A DNA stretch of 64,000 nt from an uncultured Chloroflexia bacterium (GTDB taxonomy: Bacteria > Chloroflexota > Limnocylindria > Limnocylindrales > CSP1-4), in NCBI GenBank assembly GCA_963828165.1, contig CAWHDR010000001.1, positions 352,001-416,000 of the forward strand, read 5' to 3'. The notes beneath the pieces were generated by a model. That model did no database searches, was not told the origin of the DNA, and worked only from the letters and a program-made list of their open reading frames with translations. Position 1 is the stretch's first letter; each line of letters starts with the position of its first letter. The position numbers and the translations under genes are program-made. This document shows positions 8,967 to 19,216 of this stretch, piece by piece.

Positions 8967-9941
8967 TCAGACCGCGGCGGGCGTCCGCGCCCCCAGTCGC
9001 GGCAGGAGCTCCTTGCGCGCGAATTCGAGGAAACCGTCCTGATCCGGGCCGACCTGGTGGAGGTACACATGGTCGAACCCGGCGTCGATGAATTCCTGGA
9101 TCTTCGCGAGGTGCGCGTCGGCGTCCGGGCCGCACGTCACGACCTCGGCGACCTGGTCCTCGGTCACGCTCTGAACGAGGTCCGTGAACTGCGCCGGGTT
9201 CGGCAGCTCCTGGCTGACCTCGCCGTGCAGGGCAGCAGTGGGCCACCACTCGTGGGCCGTCTTGCGGGCCGCGCGCTCTGAGGCGGCCCAGCACAACGTC
9301 ACCTGGCCGAATCGCGGACCCTCGCCTCCGGCGCGCCGATAGGCCCCGAGCAGCTTCTTGTCCGGGGCGGTCGTGATGAGGCCGTCGGCGAGCCGACCCG
9401 CCATCTCGGCCATGCGCTCGCCGCCGGCCGCGACATGGATGGGGGGCAGCTCCTTGGGCAACGTGTAGAGCTTGGCGTTCTGCACGGTGTAATGCCGGCC
9501 GCGATGGCTGGTCACCTTGCCCCGCCACAGCTCGCGGATGACCTCGACGGCCTCCTCGAGCATCTCCGCGCGGACCTCCCACTCCGGCCACGCCTGGCCG
9601 AGGATGTGCTCGTTGAGGTTCTCGCCCGTCCCGACGCCGAGGAAGAACCGTCCCGGCATCAGGTCCGCGGCCGTCGCCGCTGCGTGGGCGATGATCGCGG
9701 GGTGAGTCCGGAACGTCGGGCAGGTCACGCCGGTCCCGACGACCAGTTTGTCGGTAGCCTGGGCGATCGCCCCGAGGACGCCCCAGACGAAGGGGCTGTG
9801 CGGGTGGCGCTCGATCCACGGGTGGAAGTGGTCCGAGATGAGGGCGAAGGAGAACCCGGCCTCCTCGGCGGCCCGGGCGTTGGCCACGAGGTCCCGCGGC
9901 CCGTGCTCCTCGCTCGAAAGCGCATAGCCGATGGCGGTCAC
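8967..9941 (-). CDS. F420-dependent LLM oxidoreductase, G6PDH-like (TIGR03557 type)
   Basis: IGYALSSEEHGP, ISDHFHPW, GTGVTCP, LGVGTGENLNEH. Confidence 0.9.
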   Translation of the reverse strand: MTAIGYALSSEEHGPRDLVANARAAEEAGFSFALISDHFHPWIERHPHSPFVWGVLGAIAQATDKLVVGTGVTCPTFRTHPAIIAHAAATAADLMPGRFFLGVGTGENLNEHILGQAWPEWEVRAEMLEEAVEVIRELWRGKVTSHRGRHYTVQNAKLYTLPKELPPIHVAAGGERMAEMAGRLADGLITTAPDKKLLGAYRRAGGEGPRFGQVTLCWAASERAARKTAHEWWPTAALHGEVSQELPNPAQFTDLVQSVTEDQVAEVVTCGPDADAHLAKIQEFIDAGFDHVYLHQVGPDQDGFLEFARKELLPRLGARTPAAV

Positions 9942-10114
9942 TTGGATCGGCTCTTCCGTTGGGCCTTCGTCTCGCCCGCTTCGGTGCGCTCCTTGTTCAC
10001 GGTCCGGGCGGCTCGCTCCTCCGCTTCGTCGGTGCTGACGCCTCGCTCCTGGTAGGAGTCCTTGATGTGCTCGTACTGACGTTCGCGCTTGTCGGTCCAA
10101 GCTTTCTGCGGCAT
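9938..10114 (-). CDS. Small conserved basic protein (family often annotated as plasmid stabilization protein, found in stress clusters)
   Basis: GAGGAGG RBS; W..KRERQYEHIK.S...RG.....AEERAARTVNKER motif; GTGA overlap with the downstream gene. Confidence 0.8.
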   Translation of the reverse strand: MPQKAWTDKRERQYEHIKDSYQERGVSTDEAEERAARTVNKERTEAGETKAQRKSRSK

Positions 10115-10296
10115 GTCGGAACCTCCTCGTCGGCCACCCGCGCTCAGCGGGATCGACAGCGTCACAAGGTGGACCTCAGGAACGCGGCACGGATGGCCGG
10201 GACGGATGTCGCAGACACGTGGCATTCCCGCCTGGCACGGCGCGGCGGATGGGCGGGGCGGCGCCAGCGCGACCGAACGTCCGCTCGGTCGCGGGC

Positions 10297-11451
10297 TCAG
10301 CGCCGGGCGAGCTGCCCCATGCGGTGGGCGGCCAGCGGCTCGGGCTCCCCGGCGTCTTCGTCCGAGCCCTGGGCCGATCCGGGTCCGACCGCGATCCTCG
10401 TCCTGGCCGCATCGAGCTGGGCAAGGTAGACGGCCTCGTAGCGATCGGTCATCCGTTCGACCGAGAAGCGGTCGAGGACCAATTCACGGATCGCTTGCCG
10501 ATCCAGGTCAGCCACGCGGTCCACCTTGAAGGCCATGCCCGCGACGTCATCGCCGAAGAAGCCATCGATGCCGTCACGCAGGATCTCGGGCAGGGCGCCG
10601 ATGCGCCGGGCGATGACCGGTGTCCCGGCGGCCAGCGACTCGATGAGCACGAGGCCGAACGGCTCGGGCCATGACCCTGGCATCAGTGACGCGTAGCTCT
10701 GCGCGAAGAGGTCGTCGCGATCGGGCTGGTCGAGCTCCCCGAGGAACTCGACGAGGGAACCCGCGGCCTTCATCGCCGGCCGGAACACGTTCTCGAAATA
10801 GTCGCGTTCGATGGCCGTCGGACCGGCCTTTGCCGCGATGCGCAACGGGCGATCGGTGGCGACAGCGATCTCGATCGCTTCCACGATCCCCTTCTCGGGC
10901 ACCACCCGCCCGACGAAGCACAGGGAGTCCGTCCGCTTCGATCCGAACGGCATCTCGGCCAGTCGCAGGCCGTTGTGGACGACCGCGGCCCAGGGCACGT
11001 CAGGGTGGGTGGCGGCCTGGTTGTCGCTGATAGCGACGAGGCCCGCGGGCGGATCGCGCAACAGCGCGTCGGCCCACGGGAGGTCCAGCCGGCCGTGGAA
11101 CGTCGCCACGACCGGGACCGGGCTGACGCGGGCCAGCAGGAGGTTGGCCCACTCCATGTGCGCATGGATGAGGTCGAATTCCGTGGCGTGCGCGAGGACC
11201 GCATGGAGCGTCAGCTGCATGTACGGTAGCGAGTCGCCCGCGTAGCCAAGTGGACGGAGCGCCTCAGGCACGGTCTCGATGTGACGGCCAGGCACCACAG
11301 AGTCGCCGCTGGCGAAGGTCGTGATCTCGTGACCTCGGCGATCGAGCTCGGTGACCAGCCCGTGCACGATGCGCTCGGTCCCGCCGTACGCCCGTGGTGG
11401 CACACGCTCGAATGGCGGGGCGACCTGGGCGATGCGCAGCGAACGAGTCAT
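10297..11451 (-). CDS. Glycosyltransferase family 4
   Basis: RIAQVAP..ERVPP.AYGGTERIV; WPEPFGLVLIESLAAGTPVIA. Confidence 0.92.
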   Translation of the reverse strand: MTRSLRIAQVAPPFERVPPRAYGGTERIVHGLVTELDRRGHEITTFASGDSVVPGRHIETVPEALRPLGYAGDSLPYMQLTLHAVLAHATEFDLIHAHMEWANLLLARVSPVPVVATFHGRLDLPWADALLRDPPAGLVAISDNQAATHPDVPWAAVVHNGLRLAEMPFGSKRTDSLCFVGRVVPEKGIVEAIEIAVATDRPLRIAAKAGPTAIERDYFENVFRPAMKAAGSLVEFLGELDQPDRDDLFAQSYASLMPGSWPEPFGLVLIESLAAGTPVIARRIGALPEILRDGIDGFFGDDVAGMAFKVDRVADLDRQAIRELVLDRFSVERMTDRYEAVYLAQLDAARTRIAVGPGSAQGSDEDAGEPEPLAAHRMGQLARR

Positions 11452-11553
11452 GGGACAAACACCTTACGAGAAACGATCGGCCGCGAGGCCCGCCTGGGCG
11501 GGATCCTCGCGGCCAGTGTCGCACTCCCGGCCGATCGCCGGGTCGGGCTGGGG

Positions 11554-11985
11554 TCAGTAGGAGCGCTCGGTCGGGTTGTTGGGGTTGGTCTCCTCGGTCT
11601 CTTCCTCGGTCTGGTCGCCCGCACCGGCACCACCGGCCGCGCCGACCGCACCACCGACGACCGCGCCGGGAGGTCCGGCGACGGCGCCACCGACCAGGGC
11701 GCCGGCCGCGGCGCCACCGAGGGCACCGGTGCCCGCACCGGCCTCGTCGTCGCCTTCGGCCGCCTCACCGGCGACCGCGCCACCGACGGCGCCGATCGCG
11801 CCACCGACGACGGCACCGGGGGGCCCACCGACGGCCATGCCGACGGCGGCGCCGCCGAGAGCGCCGGCTCCGGCGCCCATGGCCTCCGTGCCGCCTTCCT
11901 CGTTCTCGGGAGCCGTGCCACGGCCCTCGTTCAACAGGTCGTCATCGTGGGGGTGGTCGTGAGGGGTGGTCGTGTCGTGGTCCAC
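11554..11985 (-). CDS. Glycine-zipper protein
   Basis: Two GA.AGALGGAA.G...GPPGAVVGGA.GA repeats with acidic ends; AAGGAGG RBS. Confidence 0.8.
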   Translation of the reverse strand: MDHDTTTPHDHPHDDDLLNEGRGTAPENEEGGTEAMGAGAGALGGAAVGMAVGGPPGAVVGGAIGAVGGAVAGEAAEGDDEAGAGTGALGGAAAGALVGGAVAGPPGAVVGGAVGAAGGAGAGDQTEEETEETNPNNPTERSY

Positions 11986-12119
11986 TGGGGGCCTCCTTGT
12001 GTTCGACTGACCGGCACATCGCCGGTGACGGGACGTCGGATGACGCCGTTGGTCCGACGGTAGGTGGCGCCAGCCGGGCGGGACGTCAATCCGCGGTCAC
12101 CCCGCGTATCAGGCGGCTA

Positions 12120-12422
12120 TCAGCGGGACTGGCCGGCCTCCCGCACCTGATCGTCATCCGCTTGCGGGCCTTCGCGGTGACCATCCGGGACGAGATCCTT
12201 GGCCGTCGCACCCGACTGGGTGCTGTGCGCGGCGACACGCTCGTCCTCGCGCGAGCTGCCGCCCGGGATCGTGGCGGCCTGGCGCTCGGGCTCGCGGCCG
12301 ACATAGGCACCAGGATCGCGACGCTGGTCATCTGGATGGTCCGTTCGCTGCCCATCGTCCGTGGGCTGGGGCGTGCCGCCGCGGGGGGACCGGTCGCGGT
12401 CGCTCGTGTCGTTTCCTGTCAT
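12120..12422 (-). CDS. Small hydrophilic hypothetical protein (100 aa)
   Basis: AAGGAG RBS before ATG 12422; highly charged, no hydrophobic core. Confidence 0.65.
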   Translation of the reverse strand: MTGNDTSDRDRSPRGGTPQPTDDGQRTDHPDDQRRDPGAYVGREPERQAATIPGGSSREDERVAAHSTQSGATAKDLVPDGHREGPQADDDQVREAGQSR

Positions 12423-12633
12423 CGGTCGAATCTCCTTTGGTCGGCGCCGTGACCGTCGCCGGAACGGGGCCCTCATCGTGCGCGGGCGTGCATCCCGCCC
12501 GGACGCCATAGCCCGCCGAGCCTCGTTACGACGGGACGACAGCGCGAACGCTGGCCTGAAGCGCTGCTCCCGGTCATCCGTGGGCGAGACGTGGTCCATA
12601 CTTCCGACGCTCAGGGCATCGCGAGGGAGATAC

Positions 12634-14274
12634 GTGACGCAGGAGAGGGCGGGCGCCGCAGGGCAGGCAGCCGGACGAGCCAAGGGTGAGATCGCCAGGG
12701 CGCGCGACTTCCGGTTCGGGCCCGGATATGCGTTGCTCGCCGGGCTCGGCATCGCCGTGGTGGCCCTCGCTGCGAAGGCGGCGTTCAACCAGTTCGCGCA
12801 GGACAACACCGGATACATCCTGCTCATGGCGGCGGCGGTCCTGGCGGCCTGGTTCGGCGGCCTGATCGGCGGGATGACAGCCATCGTCGTAGCGGTGATC
12901 CTCAATGGGGTGTTCTTCCTGGGTGGCGACGCGACCCTGGCGTCGCGCGCCGAACTCGTGCGAGAGATCATCTATGTCGTGGCGGCCACCGGAACGGTGC
13001 TCCTCGTGGCCTCCCGTCGGGCAGCGCGCGACCGACTCGTAGACGCCCTGGACGAAGTCGCGGCGCTTGCCGAGGCGGTCGAGGGCCGGGACCGTCGACT
13101 CGAGGTCATGCTCGCCGCTTCGGGCACCGGGTTCTGGGAGTGGAACATCACCGACAGCACGCTGACGTGGTCGGACGAGATCTTCCACCAGCACGGCATG
13201 GAGCCAATGGCGCACGCCCCGTCGTTCGAGGCGTACCTCGACATGATCCATCCCGACGATCGAGAGCCGTTCCGCAGCGGCGTCCAGGCAGCGATCGAGG
13301 GGGTGGCGCCCTACGCCCTCGATTTCCGCGTGGTGTGGCCGGACGGATCGGTCCACTGGGCGCAGGGTGCGGGCCGCGTCATCCGCGACGGAGAGGGACG
13401 CGCGATCTCGATGATCGGCACCGGCCGGGACATCACCGAGCGCCGTCACGTCGAGGAGCAGCGCGATCAGCTGCTCCTGGAGGAGCGCCGGGCCGGGGAG
13501 TTCCGCGAGGCGTTCATCGACGTCATCAGCCATGAGCTGCGCACGCCGATCACGACCATCCTGGGCCTCACCCAGATCCTGGCGCGTCCGGGGCGCGCCG
13601 ACGACCCCGCGTCGCGCGCGGTTCTGCTCGAAGACGTTCGCGCCGAATCCGAGCGACTCCACCGGCTCGTCGAGGATCTGCTGGTCCTGAGCCGTGCGGA
13701 ACGTGGACGGCTGGTCATCGACGCCGAACCACTTCAGCCGCGGCGGTTGATCGAACGGATCGTGGCCCAAGAGGCTCCCGACTTGCCGTCCCTCCACATC
13801 GAGACCCGGCTGGGGCCCGACCTGCCGGTCGTCGCCGGTGAAGGAACCTATGTCGAGCAGATCGTCCGTAACCTGCTGGGCAACGCCGCGAAGTACACGC
13901 CCGTGGGGACGAAGGTCGTCATCGATGCTCGCCGCGACGACAGCGTCGTCGAGATCCGCGTCACCGACGACGGCCCCGGGATCCCGGACGAATCGCTGCG
14001 CCGCGTCTTCGACCTGTTCTATCGCGATCCCGACAGCGCCAGGTCGGTCGCCGGTTCAGGGATCGGGTTGTTCGTCTGTCGCAGCCTCGTGGAAGCGATG
14101 GGCGGGCGGATGTGGGCGCGCCGGCCGCCGGGTGGCGGCTCCGAATTCGGATTCACCTTGCGCGTCCTGGAGGCCGACGAGCTCGAAGTCGAGGAGCCCT
14201 ACGAGCGGCACCCGGTGTCCCTCCTCGAGCCCCCGGGCCGGCCGATCAGCCCGGAGCCAGCCACCACCGAATGA
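12634..14274 (+). CDS. Membrane sensor histidine kinase (DUF4118-like 4-TM region, PAS/PAC, HisKA, HATPase)
   Basis: Four TM; GFWEW..IHPDDR..DITERR PAS; SHELRTPITTI; NLLGNAAKY; DDGPGI; GSGIGL. Confidence 0.93.
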   Translation: MTQERAGAAGQAAGRAKGEIARARDFRFGPGYALLAGLGIAVVALAAKAAFNQFAQDNTGYILLMAAAVLAAWFGGLIGGMTAIVVAVILNGVFFLGGDATLASRAELVREIIYVVAATGTVLLVASRRAARDRLVDALDEVAALAEAVEGRDRRLEVMLAASGTGFWEWNITDSTLTWSDEIFHQHGMEPMAHAPSFEAYLDMIHPDDREPFRSGVQAAIEGVAPYALDFRVVWPDGSVHWAQGAGRVIRDGEGRAISMIGTGRDITERRHVEEQRDQLLLEERRAGEFREAFIDVISHELRTPITTILGLTQILARPGRADDPASRAVLLEDVRAESERLHRLVEDLLVLSRAERGRLVIDAEPLQPRRLIERIVAQEAPDLPSLHIETRLGPDLPVVAGEGTYVEQIVRNLLGNAAKYTPVGTKVVIDARRDDSVVEIRVTDDGPGIPDESLRRVFDLFYRDPDSARSVAGSGIGLFVCRSLVEAMGGRMWARRPPGGGSEFGFTLRVLEADELEVEEPYERHPVSLLEPPGRPISPEPATTE

Positions 14275-15529
14275 TGCCGATGGCGGCGCCCGCCGCGATC
14301 AGCCAGCCGGTGCCGATGCCGCGGAGCAGTAGCCCGAATGCCGCGAGCATCGTCGCGACGCCCACGATGTCACGGACCCCGGCGATCGCCAATTGGACCG
14401 ACACGACGCCGAGCAACCCGACGGCAGCCAGGTTGACCCCGTCGAGGAACGAGCGGGCTCGGACGGAGGTGCGGAGTCGATCGAGGATCGGGATGCTCAC
14501 GGCCACTGCGATGAACGCCGGCAGGAACACGCCGACGGTCGCGGCCACGGCGCCTAGCGGTCCGCCGACCACGTAGCCGATGAACGTGGCGGTCGAGAAC
14601 AGCGGACCCGGGGTCGCCTGACCGACCGCGACGGCATCGAGGAGCTGCGTCTCGGTGATCCACTCGAGCCCGTCCACGAGCTCGGAGCGAAGCAGGGCCA
14701 CCAGGAGGTAGCCGCTACCGAACAGGACCGCGCCGATCTTGAGGAAGGTCACGAGGATGAGGCCTGGCGTGGCGCTCACGGCGACTCCGGCGGCGGCTGC
14801 CGCCATCACGCTCGTGGCAGCGGGTACTCCTGTGACCGCGGCGCCCGCGGCCACAGCGTGGGTGGCGCCACCCGAAACCCCACCGACCGTCGGCCACGCC
14901 CACGAGACCATCCCGATCGCTGCGCTCTGGCCGCCCAGCGTGGCGACCAATCCGACCGATACGACACCGGCACCGAGCAGCACCGCGATCTCCGGTACGC
15001 CGACCACGATCGCAGCGACAGACGCAACGAGAACGCCCACATGCAGCGGGCTGCGCAGGGTCGTGCGCGCGATCGACAAGCCGGCATGGGCAACGATGGC
15101 CACGACGACTGGAGTGATGCCGCCGAGCAGTGCCGCGACCTCGGGGCGCCGTCCGTGCTCGACGTAGAGCCAGGCCAGGACGGCGACGATCAGCACGGCG
15201 GGAAGCAGGAATGCGAGTCCGGCCACGAGCAGCCCGGCTCGTCCCGCGCGGCGATGGCCGATGTGCATCGCGAGCTCGGTGGACGTCGGGCCCGGGATCA
15301 GGTTGGCCGCGCCGATCAGGTCGACGAAGACGGCGTCGTCCAGCCACCCGCGACGCCGCACGAACTCGTCGCGCATGATGGCGATGTGGCCCGCCGGCCC
15401 ACCGAAGGCCGTCAGCCCGATCCGCAGGAAGACCGCGGCCAACGGGGCCAGCCCGGTCCGGTCCGGCCGGCCGGCCGGGACTCCCGTCCGCAGGGCGCCC
15501 GTCGGCGACGGCGTGCTGCCGGCCGGCAC
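14246..15529 (-). CDS. chrA: Chromate efflux transporter (CHR family)
   Basis: FLRIGLTAFGGPAGHIA, NLIPGPTSTE, FLKIGAVLFGSGY, GQATPGPLFSTATFIGY. Confidence 0.92.
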   Translation of the reverse strand: MPAGSTPSPTGALRTGVPAGRPDRTGLAPLAAVFLRIGLTAFGGPAGHIAIMRDEFVRRRGWLDDAVFVDLIGAANLIPGPTSTELAMHIGHRRAGRAGLLVAGLAFLLPAVLIVAVLAWLYVEHGRRPEVAALLGGITPVVVAIVAHAGLSIARTTLRSPLHVGVLVASVAAIVVGVPEIAVLLGAGVVSVGLVATLGGQSAAIGMVSWAWPTVGGVSGGATHAVAAGAAVTGVPAATSVMAAAAAGVAVSATPGLILVTFLKIGAVLFGSGYLLVALLRSELVDGLEWITETQLLDAVAVGQATPGPLFSTATFIGYVVGGPLGAVAATVGVFLPAFIAVAVSIPILDRLRTSVRARSFLDGVNLAAVGLLGVVSVQLAIAGVRDIVGVATMLAAFGLLLRGIGTGWLIAAGAAIGIIRWWLAPG

Positions 15530-15536
15530 GCGCTAC

Positions 15537-18221
15537 TCAGCCGGCGAGCGGATCGATCTTGTCCGGGTCGATGCCGAGCTCGCGGATCGCCTTGGCCGCC
15601 TTGGCCGGGGCCATCGCGCCGCATCGCGCGAGGGAGACGAGGGTCGCCGCCGCGATATGGGGCGGGTCGATCTCGAACAGCGCCCGCAGATCCTCGCGCG
15701 TGCCACTTCGGCCGAACCCGTCGGTTCCGAGCGACACGTAGGGCGCCGGCAGCCAGCGAGCCACCATGTCCGGCAGCGCCTTCATCCAGTCGGTGGCGGC
15801 CACGATCGGGCCGCCATCGCCGGGAAGCACCGTCGTGACAAAGGGAACACGCTGTTCCTTGGCGTCGGGGTGCAGCCGGTTCCAGCGCTCGGTCTCGAGC
15901 GCGTCGCGCCGCAGGAGTGGGAACGACGGGGCGCTGTAGACCTCGGCGGCCACGCCGAATCGTTCGGCCAGCAGGTCGCGTGCCGCGATGACCCCGTTGA
16001 GGATGGAGCCGGAGCCGACCAGTCGAGCCGGGTGGGCGTCCTTCCCGACATCCGGGGCCTCGGCGAACCGGTAGATCCCGCGCAGGATCCCCTCGTCGAT
16101 GCCCTCGGCTTTCGGTGGCTGGGCGTAGTTCTCGTTATAGAGCGTGATGTAGTAGTAGACGTCCTCGCCCTTGACGTACATGCGCTCGATCCCGTCGCGC
16201 ACGATCGCGGCGAGCTCGTAGGCGAAGGCCGGGTCGTAGCCGCGAACGACCGGGACCGTCGACGCCAGGATGTGGCTGTGGCCGTCGTCGTGCTGCAGGC
16301 CTTCGCCCGCCAGCGTCGTACGACCGGCCGTCGCGCCCATGAGGAAGCCGCGCCCGCGGGCATCTCCGAACGCCCACATCTGGTCCCCGGTCCGCTGGAA
16401 GCCGAACATCGAGTAGAAGATGTAGAACGGGATCATCGAGTGGCCATGGGTGGCGTAGGAGGTCCCGGCCGCCTGGAAGCTGGCCATCGAACCCGCCTCG
16501 GTGATGCCCTCCTCGAGGACCTGGCCGTCGGTCGCCTCGCGGTACGAGAGCACGAGGTCGGAATCGACGGGCTCGTAGCGCTGGCCGAGGGCGGCGTAGA
16601 TGCCGACCTCCTTGAACAGCGGGTCCATGCCGAACGTGCGCGCCTCGTCGGGGATGATCGGCACGATGCGCGACCCGAGCTCCTTGTCGCGGATCAGATT
16701 GCGCAGGATCCTCGTGAAGACCATGGTCGTCGACACCTCGGTCTTGCTGCCGGCCGCGAACTCCTGATCGACCTCGGGGGAGGGTGCTGGCAGCGGCCCC
16801 GCGCGGACCACCCGCTTGGGGATCGAGCCGCCGAGCGCTGCTCGGCGCTCGCGCAGGTACTCGACCTCCTCGGACTTGGGGCCTGGGTGGTAGTACGGGG
16901 CTTCCTTGAGCTGCTCGTCCGGGATCGGCAGCTGCAGCCGGTCGCGGAAGATCTGCAGCTCCTTCTCCGACAGTTTCTTGGCCTGGTGGGTGATGTTGCG
17001 GGCCTCGACGCCCGGCCCCAGGGTCCAACCCTTCACGGTCTTGGCGAGGATGACCGTCGGCGCGCCCTGGAACTCGGTCGCGGCCTTGTACGCGGCATAG
17101 ACCTTGCGGTAGTCGTGACCGCCCCGGCGCAGCTTGGCCAGGTCGTCGTCGGTCAGGTGTTCGACGAGCTTGCGCAGCCGCTGGTCCGGACCGAAGAATT
17201 GCTCGCGGATGTAGGCGCCGCCGGCCACGCTGAACTTCTGGAACTCGCCGTCAAGGGTGTCGTTCATCTGCTGGACGAGCAGCCCGTCGACGTCGCGGGC
17301 CAGGAGGTCGTCCCACTCGCGCGCCCAGATGACCTTGATGACGTTCCAGCCGGCGCCCCGGAAGACCGCTTCGAGCTCCTGGATGATCTTGCCGTTGCCG
17401 CGGACGGGGCCGTCGAGCCGCTGCAGGTTGCAGTTGACGACGAAGGTCAGGTTGTCGAGGCCCTCGCGGGCCGCCAGGTTGAGCGCGCCCAGCGACTCGG
17501 GCTCGTCGGTCTCGCCGTCCCCGAGGAACGCCCACACCCGTGACTTCGACGTATCGAGTTGTCCGCGGTTGTGGAGATAGCGGTTGAAGCGGGCCTGGTA
17601 GACCGCGCTGATCGGCCCGAGACCCATCGAGACCGTCGGATACTCCCAGAAGTCGGGCATCAGCCGCGGGTGCGGGTACGAGCTCAGACCGACCCCGGGC
17701 TCGCCCTCGCGGCGGAAGTGGTCGAGCTGGGCCTCGGTCAGCCGGCCCTCGAGAAACGCGCGGGCGTAGATCCCGGGCGCCGCATGGCCCTGGTAGAAGA
17801 TCTGGTCGCCACTCCCCTCCCCGTCCTTGCCACGGAAGAAGTGGTTGAAGCCGGTCTCGTACAGGCTCGCCGAGCTCGCATAGGTCGATAGATGCCCGCC
17901 GATGCCCGCGAACTTGGTGTTCGCTCGCAGCACCATCGCCACGGCGTTCCAGCGCACGATCCGCCGGATCCGCAGCTCCATGGCCTCGTCACCCGGGAAA
18001 TCGGGCTCCTGCTCGGGGCTGATCGTATTGATGTAGCGGGTCTGGGTGAGCGGGGGGAGGCCGATCTGCAGCTGGCGAGCTCGCTTGAGAAGCTTGTAGA
18101 CCAGGAAGCGGGCACGCGTCTCACCGGCCTGCTCGACGACCTGATCGAGGGACTGCATCCAGTCCTCGGTCTCGTCCGGGTCGATGTCCGGCAGCTGGTG
18201 CTTGAATTCGTCGAAGTACAT
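15537..18221 (-). CDS. aceE: Pyruvate dehydrogenase E1 component, homodimeric type
   Basis: DIDPDETEDW, GGHLSTYAS, TPP motif GDGETDEPES...NCNLQRLDGPVRGN, GEGLQHDDGHS. Confidence 0.97.
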   Translation of the reverse strand: MYFDEFKHQLPDIDPDETEDWMQSLDQVVEQAGETRARFLVYKLLKRARQLQIGLPPLTQTRYINTISPEQEPDFPGDEAMELRIRRIVRWNAVAMVLRANTKFAGIGGHLSTYASSASLYETGFNHFFRGKDGEGSGDQIFYQGHAAPGIYARAFLEGRLTEAQLDHFRREGEPGVGLSSYPHPRLMPDFWEYPTVSMGLGPISAVYQARFNRYLHNRGQLDTSKSRVWAFLGDGETDEPESLGALNLAAREGLDNLTFVVNCNLQRLDGPVRGNGKIIQELEAVFRGAGWNVIKVIWAREWDDLLARDVDGLLVQQMNDTLDGEFQKFSVAGGAYIREQFFGPDQRLRKLVEHLTDDDLAKLRRGGHDYRKVYAAYKAATEFQGAPTVILAKTVKGWTLGPGVEARNITHQAKKLSEKELQIFRDRLQLPIPDEQLKEAPYYHPGPKSEEVEYLRERRAALGGSIPKRVVRAGPLPAPSPEVDQEFAAGSKTEVSTTMVFTRILRNLIRDKELGSRIVPIIPDEARTFGMDPLFKEVGIYAALGQRYEPVDSDLVLSYREATDGQVLEEGITEAGSMASFQAAGTSYATHGHSMIPFYIFYSMFGFQRTGDQMWAFGDARGRGFLMGATAGRTTLAGEGLQHDDGHSHILASTVPVVRGYDPAFAYELAAIVRDGIERMYVKGEDVYYYITLYNENYAQPPKAEGIDEGILRGIYRFAEAPDVGKDAHPARLVGSGSILNGVIAARDLLAERFGVAAEVYSAPSFPLLRRDALETERWNRLHPDAKEQRVPFVTTVLPGDGGPIVAATDWMKALPDMVARWLPAPYVSLGTDGFGRSGTREDLRALFEIDPPHIAAATLVSLARCGAMAPAKAAKAIRELGIDPDKIDPLAG

Positions 18222-18312
18222 GTGTTGCGACTCCAGAGCGCGCGAACCGCGGCTGATCGTACGGCGGCGGACCGCCGTCAGAAGGTGGTGGGTCGGGGCC
18301 GATTCGCTCCGG

Positions 18313-18678
18313 TCACTGGCGCTCGAGACGGAGCGTGAGATCGAGGAGCTCGGGGGCGACCATGGCGTTCGCAGCGGGATCGCCCGCGTACTTGCGCAGC
18401 AGGCCGGTCGATGTCCGCTCGATCGAGCCTGCGTCGATCGCCGGGATCGCCCTCGCCGGAAGTCGTCGACCGTTGACGTGCAACGCGATGGAGGGGTCCG
18501 TCAACGCCTCGCGGTACCAGCGGGCGTCCGGCCCTCGATACGACCTGACGAAGACCGATCCATCGTCGACGACGGCCCAGATGATGGTCCGGTGGACGGC
18601 GCCCTCGGCACCGCTGGTCTCGATCTCGACCTCCTCGGCCCGGTCGATCAGATCGAGCTCAGCCGCGCTGTATCCCAT
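18313..18678 (-). CDS. DUF2255 family protein (split-barrel, putative F420/flavin binding)
   Basis: HRTIIWAVVDDGSVFVRSYRG..ARWYR pattern; TACCCT -10 element 6 nt before the ATG. Confidence 0.75.
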   Translation of the reverse strand: MGYSAAELDLIDRAEEVEIETSGAEGAVHRTIIWAVVDDGSVFVRSYRGPDARWYREALTDPSIALHVNGRRLPARAIPAIDAGSIERTSTGLLRKYAGDPAANAMVAPELLDLTLRLERQ

Positions 18679-18735
18679 GCCTGAAGGGTAGCCCATCCCG
18701 GCTTCTTGAGGCCCCCGACGTGCGGTCACGGCCGC

Positions 18736-18762
18736 TGTAATGCCGATGTAACCGGATTGCAA
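18736..18762 (+). promoter_or_regulatory. Putative OmpR-family triple direct-repeat binding site
   Basis: TGTAA-tgccga-TGTAA-ccggat-TGCAA, exact 11-bp period, upstream of the small protein and response regulator genes. Confidence 0.55.
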
Positions 18763-18914
18763 TGTCGGGGGCCCATCCGCGTCAGGCGCCCCGGGACATG
18801 CTGCTAGGGCTTCGAGCCGTCCGTCCGAACGGGCGGGCCCGCTCGACCGGTCGCCGGTCCAGAGCTCGGCCGACCGGATATCGCCACCCGCGATCGAACG
18901 AAGGAGTCCCAGTC

Positions 18915-19121
18915 ATGTCCGATCCGAACTATGACCGTGACACGGTCGTCGTCAAAGATGGCGGCTCCAGCACCGGCATGATCCTCGGCATCATCGCCGT
19001 GATCATCGTGCTCGCCGGCGCGTGGTATTTCCTCGCCGGTCCGGGTGCGAACACGAGCTCCACACCAACCGACGTGAACGTGGACGTCACGCTCCCGAGC
19101 GTCGCGCCCGCCGGCTCCTAG
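18915..19121 (+). CDS. Small single-TM membrane protein (68 aa)
   Basis: AAGGAG RBS; DTVVV..GGSSTG followed by one TM helix and a DVNVDV tail. Confidence 0.75.
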   Translation: MSDPNYDRDTVVVKDGGSSTGMILGIIAVIIVLAGAWYFLAGPGANTSSTPTDVNVDVTLPSVAPAGS

Positions 19122-19216
19122 GTCTGCTCCGCGCCGTCCGGCGCGACCCCAAGCGCGCCGGACGTGACGCCCCCGGCCATGTCCGTCACCATGACCCCGA
19201 CCCAGGAGGTACAAGA

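Noticed and set aside
9938-10114. Toxin-antitoxin or plasmid signal implied by the plasmid stabilization label
   Set aside because: No RelE/ParE features or antitoxin partner; the context is a chromosomal stress cluster
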